Shown one piece after another: positions 1 through 8,526 of a stretch of DNA of 57,327 bases. The translations under genes were made by a program, and so were the position numbers. A model generated the notes under the pieces. The model made no database searches. It was not told the DNA's origin and was given only the letters and a program-made list of their open reading frames with translations. Every line of letters starts with the position of its first letter. The stretch's first letter is position 1. Source of the DNA: a virus. Taxonomy: Duplodnaviria; Heunggongvirae; Uroviricota; Caudoviricetes. The stretch lies in the IMG/VR virus record IMGVR_UViG_3300034357_000765; one strand, 5' to 3'.

Positions 1-151
1 CTCTCTCTTCGGACATCGCAATGCAGCAAAATCTGTGCGTCGCCGGCAGTTCTCCCGTTTCGGAACAAGGTATAGTCAATAGTTTTTCGTTTTTCTTTTC
101 TTCTCTTATTTGTGAAACTTTTTCTTCTTCACACAAAATACATACTCTCAT
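1..151 (-). CDS. hypothetical protein, partial (runs off window start)
   Basis: ATG at 151; MRVCILCEEEKVSQIREEKKNEKLLTIPCSETGELPATHRFCC..., open to position 1; follows 155..394 on the same strand. Confidence 0.6.
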   Translation of the reverse strand, partial: MRVCILCEEEKVSQIREEKKNEKLLTIPCSETGELPATHRFCCIAMSEER

Positions 152-154
152 ATA

Positions 155-394
155 TTATTGTTTATTTTTTAATAGGTTTCTTAGTTCCTTTACTTCCTCA
201 ATTGTCATTGACTTGGATTTAGAAAAGTTAAATATTTCCTTTATATCATTACCATACACACTAAGTGCAGCCTTAGCAGTCTCACATTCTCTATGAGTCA
301 TCTCAAACGCTTCTTTTTGACTATCAACCCATAAATCATTTTCTACCGATTTTAGGTATTTTCCGTCTGTTGTTCTTTGTATCAATTTTATCAT
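155..394 (-). CDS. hypothetical protein, 79 aa
   Basis: ORF collinear with neighbours, phage-like codon usage. Confidence 0.7.
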   Translation of the reverse strand: MIKLIQRTTDGKYLKSVENDLWVDSQKEAFEMTHRECETAKAALSVYGNDIKEIFNFSKSKSMTIEEVKELRNLLKNKQ

Positions 395-420
395 CTTAAT
401 AATATTTTTTTTATTCTGAT

Positions 421-1386
421 TTATATGCTATATGCAACAAAAAAATTCAAAGTTCCAAATGTGTTGAATCTCTCTACAAGATTTGCATACATTGAAAATT
501 CTAACCCATCGTTACCGTCATCTGAAAAGACTCCTAAAAAATTGGTTCCTTCATCATTGTTCAATAACGTGACAAGTTCTGTAATATTATTGGGCATACT
601 AACAGAAGTCGTGAAGTACTCTACAAAATCATTGTTATTGTATAGTACCACATCTATAGTAGATTCGGTCGAATAGTCAACTACACTCATACCAGGTAAT
701 AATATAGGAGTCTTGTCAATATTTTGCTTTACTTTTATCTCAACCGGTGTTAAATATAGTCTATTCTCAATCCAATCTGACTGTGTCCAAGATTGATAGT
801 TTATATTTCTTACATCGAGACCTATACTATCATTCTTTACAACAATCTCTCTAGTACTTGGATAATATCTTATATTATCCGCTTCAAAGAAATATCCAGT
901 CTCTTGTACCGTAATAAATGTTCTGTCTTTAGGAAAGTTGTTGTATTTTGGTCCAAAGTTGGAATCAAATCCCGCATAAATTCCCGGTGGTGCAGTTGGA
1001 TTTTGCTCCCATTGTAAATCATACCCCAATGTATTTTCCAAAACATTTGCGAATATATCTCCTGTAGATGTTATTGTAGATCCGTTTGCCCAAACGTTTG
1101 GTATTTCTCCCGTTGCTATGAAAACGCTTCCGGTCGCGCTGATAGTAGCACCTATATTGGTGAAGTCGTCACCATCTACATAATTGGTGATAGTGTATTC
1201 TTCTCCTACAATAAATCCACCCTCTAAATCTAATATTTCCGTACCCACAATTGGTCCGGTTTGTGTCAAAAGTGCTCTGTATGTTAAGGTAGTGAAATTC
1301 TCATCAACAACGGTCAGTCCTCCGTTTATCGTTAACTGACCAGTTATACTTTGGTTCGATAGATTATCTACGATATATTTCTTCAT
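421..1386 (-). CDS. putative virion/tail-associated protein, 321 aa
   Basis: Beta-rich T/G/N composition; lies in the structural gene run. Confidence 0.5.
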   Translation of the reverse strand: MKKYIVDNLSNQSITGQLTINGGLTVVDENFTTLTYRALLTQTGPIVGTEILDLEGGFIVGEEYTITNYVDGDDFTNIGATISATGSVFIATGEIPNVWANGSTITSTGDIFANVLENTLGYDLQWEQNPTAPPGIYAGFDSNFGPKYNNFPKDRTFITVQETGYFFEADNIRYYPSTREIVVKNDSIGLDVRNINYQSWTQSDWIENRLYLTPVEIKVKQNIDKTPILLPGMSVVDYSTESTIDVVLYNNNDFVEYFTTSVSMPNNITELVTLLNNDEGTNFLGVFSDDGNDGLEFSMYANLVERFNTFGTLNFFVAYSI

Positions 1387-1403
1387 TTCTTATTATTTAT
1401 TTT

Positions 1404-4400
1404 TTATTTATCTATGTCTTTTATAGTCAAGATATCGGAAGCATCGTAGTAGGACAATCTGTTCACACTACCTGCACTTTTGAATATTTCAGTGTTGTAT
1501 TCTCCGTATACAGAAGGTAAATCAGATACTCCAGTGATTATTATAGATAAGTCATTACTACCGGTTCCACCAAAATTAGAATCCGATATAGCAATCTCAC
1601 TTGCAGTAAAACCAATACTTGGTAAGTAATTATTACCCGAATTAACCAATGTAACCGACAATGAAGTTGTGCTCGTTACGTAGATATCGAATGTCGCATC
1701 AACCACCACAGACACAGTACCACCATAACTATAAGTTCCTGATACACTAGAATATGTAATACCTTCGGCTTCATTTGGAAGAGTTCCCGTGAAGTCATAT
1801 GAGAATGTCAATATGTTTCCGTTGTATGTTGAGAAGTCTGTATTACTAACTCTTGTTTTAACATCATTATATTGGAAGTTATGACTCATTGTGTTTCCAA
1901 TGAAATTATCCGAGATGTTGTTATCATAGAAATACTCACCTACGTGGTTTTCTGTAAAGTTGTTTCCAATTCTGTTTCCTCTTATCTCATCGTCTCCGAA
2001 TCCAAAGTCGCTTTCTATACTGTTGTTCGTAAAGCCGTATTCAATCGTGTTGTGTGCGAAGTTTTGTGCAATCACGTTGTTATAAAATCCGTCGTTGATT
2101 TTGTTATTCACAAAGGTTTCTCCTATCGTATTATCTTCAAAATCATTTCCTATTTCATTTCCATTAAAATAAGGATCTATATCATTATTATAAAAATTAT
2201 TTTTAATCGTGTTTCCCCAAGCACCATCAATAAAATCGTTACTAAGAAAGTCATCACCAATCACATTAGATTCAAAATAACCAGGTAGTGAATTTTTTCT
2301 AAAACTATTTCCAATTTTGTTTTTGCTAAAATCCGTAGAATTTGCAGTTAAGCCTATACCTATAGTGTTTTCTTCGAAATAATTTCCTATTTCTGTATTC
2401 TCAAAGAATGTATTGTATATAAAGTTATTAGTAAAAGAGTTTTCTATATTATTTTTTTCAAAGTTTTTATATATCTTATTATTTTGAAAATCATTCTGAA
2501 TATTGTTGTCTTTAAAAAGAGCACCGTTGTTGTTTGCCAAGAATCTTGAATTCCAAAGAGTACCTGTTGGTGCAGAACTTGAATCTGCATTCGACTCTGT
2601 TGCGCTATTGTATATATATCTGTTATTACCTCTGGTTATTTCTAACACACCAGGAACTATTACATCTACACTTAATTCAGAGGATGTAGCTCCATTTGGT
2701 TTTGTGAAAGATACGGTGTCTCCTGCAGTAGCACCAGTTGTTGGATTCACTTTAGTTCTCTCATATGAGAATCCACCACCATTACTATTTTGTGTCCATT
2801 GAGTAAACTTTACTTTATAGTATTCGTCATTTACCGTATCTTTTAGTATAAGATTTTCACCAACTACGTATTCACCTATTCTATTATCCAACGCATTTGA
2901 AAACGTATCATATTCTCTATCAACTAGATTGTTTAATTCAGCCCAGTCAAAAAGACCGTTGTCAATTTGGTTACTAGCGAAAGCATCACCTATTCTATTT
3001 CTTTCAAAATTATTTCCTACTCTATTTGATTCAAAATAGTTTCCTATAACATTTGAATCAAAATTAACACCAATCCTATCATTATCATTAAAATTGTTTC
3101 CAATCTTATTGTCGTTGAAACGCGATCCTATGGATTGGTTGTTATTAAAATCATTTCCTATAAAGTTTCTTTCGAATTCACCATAGACATTATTATTTTG
3201 AAAATCATTACCAATCTGATTATCTCTAAAATATTCTTCATCTCCTCCAAGTGTTGTGTTATCACTGAAATTTTTTCCAATCGTATTTCCAGAGAACCTG
3301 TAGCCGTTTCCGGTTCCATTTCCAGAATCTCCTATGTTATTGTTATTGAAGTAATGACCTATTTGGTTTTCATAAAACTCATTAGCATAAAAATTATTAT
3401 TATAAAAATTACTACCAAGTATATTTTTCTCGAATGTGCCAAAAATTTCATTATCATAAAAATAATCACTTATTACATTTGCTCTAAAACTTCCTAATAT
3501 AATATTTGCATAACAATCGTCTCCAATTTGATTGTCTTCAAATTGACCCTCTGTGACATTGTCTCTAAAAGTACCATTAAGAGTATTTTTACTAAAACCA
3601 TCAAGTATGATGTTTTCGTAAAACTCTCCTTTGATTGTATTGTATTCAAAATGGTTATCTCCTGTGTAGAAATTGTTGTAAAAACTAGCATGAATGATAT
3701 TATAATCAAAATCCTCATCACTTTCATTATCTCCAAAATGGTTATCATAGAATTGTCCATTAATTATGTTACGCTGAAAATCGCATTTCATTATATTATC
3801 GTGAAAATTATCATTGATTATGTTATTGTCAAAATCGTTATCAATAATATTATTGTAAAAAGAACCTCCAATTCTGTTAGAATCACAGTCAGTATTAAAT
3901 GTGTTATTTTCAAAATTATGTCCAAATGAATTATCTCTATAAGTATTTTCACCTTTGAATACATTGTTTGGTAATAAGAAAGTATTTTCATCCCATACTA
4001 TATATGTATCTGTGGTTGTGGTTGTGTTACTAAAACATTGGCTTATGTCACCAAAGGTTGGATATTCATAAGAAGCAGTACTGGAAATAATATTATTTTG
4101 TTTCCAAGACATACCTTCTAATAGATTTGAATCAACTAAACGAACATTTTCACCTGTAATGATTGTATTACCGGTTACGACCATATTGTTATCATCTAAT
4201 ACTTCTAAAACTTCATAATAATTTACAATAGGATCAGTATTTTGATTCAAAACACCAATAACACTTCCAGTTGCAAAATTACCAAAATATGAGTCACCAT
4301 CTCCAGTAACAACTCCTGTAATAACCTCTTGACCATTGGAGTAAGTTCCTGTGATGGAAATCAATCCGCTATAAACCTGTTCTGAAAAATATGCATCATA

Positions 4401-4925
4401 TCTTTTGAAAAGAACCTCTCTGAAATCATAATCGAAAGCGTTTCCATTGTCATCTTTTCTATATGTTATTCTACCATATGCGGTTCCACCAGTAACTTCC
4501 GTTGTGTTGAATGAAATATCGTATTTGATTTCATCCTTTGGATAGTTTGGTTGGTAAGCATTCGCTGCCAACTCGTTAGCTGAAATTGCAAAGACCAAAA
4601 TAGGACTCTCCTGTGATACTTTGTAATTACTCGCTGAAAATGTAGGACTCCCATCTGAATCATAGTCTGGTTGGTCATAGCATGTTTTGAAATTAGTAAT
4701 TAAGTAGTAACCACCTGGAGTCAGCTCTGATCCGTCTTGTAAAGTTCTTAATGTTTGGTAAGTTATTTCTGTGAAACTCGCACTTCCACCTCCACCAGTT
4801 GGTGTACTTGATCCGTTCTCATCCTTTTCGGTGAAGGTTGGTCCGTTAAAACCAATATATTTAAACCCTGCAGGAGGATTTGGTAATGTAGTAAAGTCTG
4901 TTTCTGTGAACAATATTCTTCTCAT
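1404..4925 (-). CDS. putative tail fibre/spike with right-handed beta-helix repeats, 1173 aa
   Basis: Many ~10-aa N-x-I-G-x-x-F-x-x-N repeats; N-terminal ITYQTLRTLQDGSELTPGGYYLITNF segment typical of phage fibre proteins. Confidence 0.65.
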   Translation of the reverse strand: MRRILFTETDFTTLPNPPAGFKYIGFNGPTFTEKDENGSSTPTGGGGSASFTEITYQTLRTLQDGSELTPGGYYLITNFKTCYDQPDYDSDGSPTFSASNYKVSQESPILVFAISANELAANAYQPNYPKDEIKYDISFNTTEVTGGTAYGRITYRKDDNGNAFDYDFREVLFKRYDAYFSEQVYSGLISITGTYSNGQEVITGVVTGDGDSYFGNFATGSVIGVLNQNTDPIVNYYEVLEVLDDNNMVVTGNTIITGENVRLVDSNLLEGMSWKQNNIISSTASYEYPTFGDISQCFSNTTTTTDTYIVWDENTFLLPNNVFKGENTYRDNSFGHNFENNTFNTDCDSNRIGGSFYNNIIDNDFDNNIINDNFHDNIMKCDFQRNIINGQFYDNHFGDNESDEDFDYNIIHASFYNNFYTGDNHFEYNTIKGEFYENIILDGFSKNTLNGTFRDNVTEGQFEDNQIGDDCYANIILGSFRANVISDYFYDNEIFGTFEKNILGSNFYNNNFYANEFYENQIGHYFNNNNIGDSGNGTGNGYRFSGNTIGKNFSDNTTLGGDEEYFRDNQIGNDFQNNNVYGEFERNFIGNDFNNNQSIGSRFNDNKIGNNFNDNDRIGVNFDSNVIGNYFESNRVGNNFERNRIGDAFASNQIDNGLFDWAELNNLVDREYDTFSNALDNRIGEYVVGENLILKDTVNDEYYKVKFTQWTQNSNGGGFSYERTKVNPTTGATAGDTVSFTKPNGATSSELSVDVIVPGVLEITRGNNRYIYNSATESNADSSSAPTGTLWNSRFLANNNGALFKDNNIQNDFQNNKIYKNFEKNNIENSFTNNFIYNTFFENTEIGNYFEENTIGIGLTANSTDFSKNKIGNSFRKNSLPGYFESNVIGDDFLSNDFIDGAWGNTIKNNFYNNDIDPYFNGNEIGNDFEDNTIGETFVNNKINDGFYNNVIAQNFAHNTIEYGFTNNSIESDFGFGDDEIRGNRIGNNFTENHVGEYFYDNNISDNFIGNTMSHNFQYNDVKTRVSNTDFSTYNGNILTFSYDFTGTLPNEAEGITYSSVSGTYSYGGTVSVVVDATFDIYVTSTTSLSVTLVNSGNNYLPSIGFTASEIAISDSNFGGTGSNDLSIIITGVSDLPSVYGEYNTEIFKSAGSVNRLSYYDASDILTIKDIDK

Positions 4926-4950
4926 CGGTCATTTAATATTTTTTATAATG

Positions 4951-4960
4951 TATATATTAA
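4951..4960 (-). promoter_or_regulatory. phage-type promoter motif TTAATATATA
   Basis: Exact motif 26 nt upstream of the 4925 start; recurs upstream of many genes. Confidence 0.6.
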
Positions 4961-4983
4961 AAATCGAAATGAATAAAATTATT

Positions 4984-7290
4984 TTATCCAAATGAACTTA
5001 TTTGTCCAAACACTTGCGACCAAACGTTTTCTGATCTTACAAAAGTAAATCCAACAATATCAACTTTGTTTGAAGACACCGAATAAGTACCATTTGTCCA
5101 TTTTATAGTTTGTGCAGAACCGTCTATTTGAACAGCAGTTGGTGCGTAACCAGTAAGACCCTGACTAATCATGATTGTTGTTGTTATTACTCTATTGTTG
5201 TCTAAAGGCATGTTTGTAAAGTTTGCAGTATAGTTAGTAGATGCAGTGGCATGATACCAAATAGCACCTGTATTGAAATCATAGATTACTGTAGATGCAG
5301 TTGCACCAGGTGTTACGTTTATTACTTCAGATATTTCGGATAAAATAGTATGTCCTTCAAGAGACGCTGTTCCTGAAACGGTCAATGATCCACTTAGACT
5401 CCAATCTGTTGTAGGTGTTATACCAGATGTTCCTGAAGTCCCATCAGAACCGGTGGCACCTATCATACTAACACCAGAAGTTCCAGAAGTTCCATTAGCA
5501 CCTGCTATCGAAAATGAAACAGAGTATTCATTATCATTCCACCATTGACCATTACCATAAACCGCAGGAGTATCTACACCAATCTCGTATGCAGCACCAC
5601 TCCAGAAAACATTGTTTACTTTATACAATGCTGTATAATTTTGTTCATTAGCTCTTGTAACTTGTAAATATACTGAATTCCCAATAAGAATCGAATTGGC
5701 AATCGTGTTCCAAAATCCTTCGGATGCCACATTCAAACTATTATATGCAAATTTCAATAATATAATACTTATCATATTCGCGTTATATCCAACCGTGAAT
5801 TTTCCAGACGCACTAGGCGTTGCCCCTAGATTATTTTCCAATGTCCATCTTAGTGAAGCGGCACCATCTACACCGCTTATTCCTGATGTACCAGATGTTC
5901 CATCAACACCAGATGTTCCGCTTGTTCCTGAACTTCCTATTAAAATAGAATCATCTACATATTTTTTACTCACTAAAGAGTGTGTAACAAATCCTAAAGA
6001 ATAGTCTGATTGATAAACCAATCCGTTTCCATTTCCTATCGAAACCAATCCGGAAGTTCCTGCAAGTGCTAACTCACCACCTGCGATTATTGTTACATCA
6101 TTTATGGATAGTATTTGAGAAGAATCATTTGAATCAAGACTAATAAAATCAGAAACTACATCAAATACAGAAGAAGTTACTGAAATATTATCAAATCCAG
6201 AAACTATAAAATCGTTATACCCACCATTTAAACTAAGTGTCTCATATAAAGTTCCACCAACACTCATTGTGTTTCCTACCTGAATAAGTCCGTTTCCAAT
6301 ATCGAATGAACCGGTTGCACCTCTTTCACCTTGTAAACCTTCAAAACCTTGTTGACCTTGTTGACCTTTAATAGCATTTAAAAAGTCTTGCTCACTGAAC
6401 GCAAGTGTCTCAAGACCATACACATCCAACCAGGTCTGATATGCAGATGCACCAGATGTTCCTGATGTTCCTGATGTTCCATCAGTTCCGTTTACTCCTG
6501 CAAGACCTTCAAAACCTTGTTCACCTTGTTCACCTTTAATATCATCTAAAAAGTCTTGCTCACTGAACGCAAGTGGCTCAAGACTATACACATCCAACCA
6601 GGTCTGATATGCAGATGCACCAGATGTTCCTGATGTACCATCCTTACCTTTTTGACCAGTTAGATTTATATACCAAAAGCTGGATGTAGCACCGACCGGT
6701 TGGCAAACATTTGCAACAAATGCCAAATTACCTGTAACAGGATTATATGTATCCACATCACCAACCATATAAACTGGATCCGAATAATCATAGTATGGTT
6801 CATCTAAATAATCTGCAACATAATAGTTTGTAGGAAAATCTTTATATACAACTATAGTCTGACCAGGAACAAATGCCAAATCTTTCTGTGTAGTAAGCTG
6901 AACTAAATATCCAGAATTTGGTATTGTCAAATATGTACTTGAAGTTCCTGTGAATGTCTTTCCGTTTGAACCCGTAGGACCTTTTTGGATATTTGCAGTT
7001 ACATAGTTAAGAACATCTTTATCTATTATAAATGGAACTTTTTCCGTAAGAACATCCATCTGTCCCTGAAGTTTAGATAATGAAATCTTAGCCTCGTTGT
7101 TCGTGGAGAATACCATTACTATAGATCTATCAGAATCTAGATTTATCCTCATCGTGTTGTTTAGAACGTTAGTGTTCTTGATGTGGAATGGATTTATAGT
7201 GTATTTTAATATACCATTATCCTCATATATCTTTATGTTTCTATCCGTAGCTGTTATAGGTCTAAGAAATTTATCAAAACTAAAACTCAT
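4984..7290 (-). CDS. collagen-like tail fibre protein, 768 aa
   Basis: G-X-Y runs (GEQGEQGFEG, GTSGTSG) between globular segments. Confidence 0.65.
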   Translation of the reverse strand: MSFSFDKFLRPITATDRNIKIYEDNGILKYTINPFHIKNTNVLNNTMRINLDSDRSIVMVFSTNNEAKISLSKLQGQMDVLTEKVPFIIDKDVLNYVTANIQKGPTGSNGKTFTGTSSTYLTIPNSGYLVQLTTQKDLAFVPGQTIVVYKDFPTNYYVADYLDEPYYDYSDPVYMVGDVDTYNPVTGNLAFVANVCQPVGATSSFWYINLTGQKGKDGTSGTSGASAYQTWLDVYSLEPLAFSEQDFLDDIKGEQGEQGFEGLAGVNGTDGTSGTSGTSGASAYQTWLDVYGLETLAFSEQDFLNAIKGQQGQQGFEGLQGERGATGSFDIGNGLIQVGNTMSVGGTLYETLSLNGGYNDFIVSGFDNISVTSSVFDVVSDFISLDSNDSSQILSINDVTIIAGGELALAGTSGLVSIGNGNGLVYQSDYSLGFVTHSLVSKKYVDDSILIGSSGTSGTSGVDGTSGTSGISGVDGAASLRWTLENNLGATPSASGKFTVGYNANMISIILLKFAYNSLNVASEGFWNTIANSILIGNSVYLQVTRANEQNYTALYKVNNVFWSGAAYEIGVDTPAVYGNGQWWNDNEYSVSFSIAGANGTSGTSGVSMIGATGSDGTSGTSGITPTTDWSLSGSLTVSGTASLEGHTILSEISEVINVTPGATASTVIYDFNTGAIWYHATASTNYTANFTNMPLDNNRVITTTIMISQGLTGYAPTAVQIDGSAQTIKWTNGTYSVSSNKVDIVGFTFVRSENVWSQVFGQISSFG
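6337..6636. repeat. intragenic direct duplication, ~132 nt x2 (6337-6468 and 6505-6636)
   Basis: GASAYQTWLDVY.LE.LAFSEQDFL..IKG.QG.QGFEGL encoded twice, offset 168 nt, few substitutions. Confidence 0.9.
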
Positions 7291-7306
7291 CTTTTATAAT
7301 TATTTT

Positions 7307-8476
7307 TTATGCAATAATATTCAAATTTACAACGACACCATCCAAATAGTTCTGTGCGATGTCAGAGTAGTTGAACGTCATTGAATATGTTCCACTTGCC
7401 GTTATTCCAACAACATCTACCAAATCATTGTTTTTCAATACAACATTTGATGGAAGAATACTCATTTGTCCATCTCTATTGTCTGTTACGTTATCTACGA
7501 TTAATCCTATTAGATCCGATTTTGTCAATGTGTTGTATGTAGTTGAAATCGTTGTACCAAACTGTACTAAGCTTATTGAAGTAGAGAATGTAAGTCCATT
7601 AGTGAATGTATTGTATGGAGTACTGAATGTAGCACCAATTGTTATTCCGTCGTTATATAGTATATAGTCACCTCCAACACCTGCAGTTGAGTTAAAATAA
7701 ACTACCGGATCTTGATTGTCCAAAGAAGTAAGATCAATGTCTATACCTGGATTTTCTATTATATATGTAAGTAAAGAATGTGCTTGAATTGCATCACTTT
7801 CTGTTTTGAACGCAAGAATTATTGTGCTAAGTGCGTTATCATCCACAGTAAGTATTTTCCCATTTCTCTCTATAGAGTTTATGTTGTTTATCATAAAATA
7901 GATAAGAGGTCTGGCAGGAGTGCTTTTGTCGTTTATAACAATAGATTCTCCAATAACATGAGTATGTATATCCGTATATTCCAAATCCGTGAAAGATGTC
8001 GCAGTTTGGTTTATATTGTCGTTGAAGAAAGAATAGTTTTCGTCTATGACTGCAACCATAACATCTAAAGAAACCGAATATTTCGTGTTTGGATTTGTAA
8101 GATATATCTGTTTTACTCTATGAGTAGAGTTTCCCGTAAGAAGCATAACTTGAGCAAATTGATTGATAGTACCAAGACTATCGTAAAAAGACCAATCTAC
8201 GTAGTTGTCATCTTGAATAACCGATTTAGGATCGTATGATGCCTTTATAAGTAAAAAGGTTGCATTGTCTCCAATACCCAGATGGTTTAGAAGATAGTTA
8301 GCTTGTCCTGGTTTTAAAACTATTCTACTTTTTAATATTTGCTTGAATGGCATTCTTAAATCGGATAGCGAAAGCTTTTCCGAAGTGTTTGACCCATTGA
8401 CAGCGACGAAATCTCCGGCGTTGACTTTTATATATTGACTACTTGGTCCAAATAGTGAGCTTCCTCCACATGACAT
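7307..8476 (-). CDS. putative virion structural protein, 389 aa
   Basis: Long ORF in the structural run, with a TTAATATATA motif upstream. Confidence 0.5.
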   Translation of the reverse strand: MSCGGSSLFGPSSQYIKVNAGDFVAVNGSNTSEKLSLSDLRMPFKQILKSRIVLKPGQANYLLNHLGIGDNATFLLIKASYDPKSVIQDDNYVDWSFYDSLGTINQFAQVMLLTGNSTHRVKQIYLTNPNTKYSVSLDVMVAVIDENYSFFNDNINQTATSFTDLEYTDIHTHVIGESIVINDKSTPARPLIYFMINNINSIERNGKILTVDDNALSTIILAFKTESDAIQAHSLLTYIIENPGIDIDLTSLDNQDPVVYFNSTAGVGGDYILYNDGITIGATFSTPYNTFTNGLTFSTSISLVQFGTTISTTYNTLTKSDLIGLIVDNVTDNRDGQMSILPSNVVLKNNDLVDVVGITASGTYSMTFNYSDIAQNYLDGVVVNLNIIA

Positions 8477-8499
8477 ATTGAAATATATTTATTTTAATG

Positions 8500-8509
8500 T
8501 ATATATTAA
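8500..8509 (-). promoter_or_regulatory. phage-type promoter motif TTAATATATA
   Basis: Exact motif upstream of the 8476 start. Confidence 0.6.
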
Positions 8510-8526
8510 AATAAATATTCGTCATT

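Noticed and set aside
6337-6636. DGR template/variable repeat pair
   Set aside because: Differences include G/C and other non-adenine changes, both copies are in frame in one gene, and no reverse transcriptase is present
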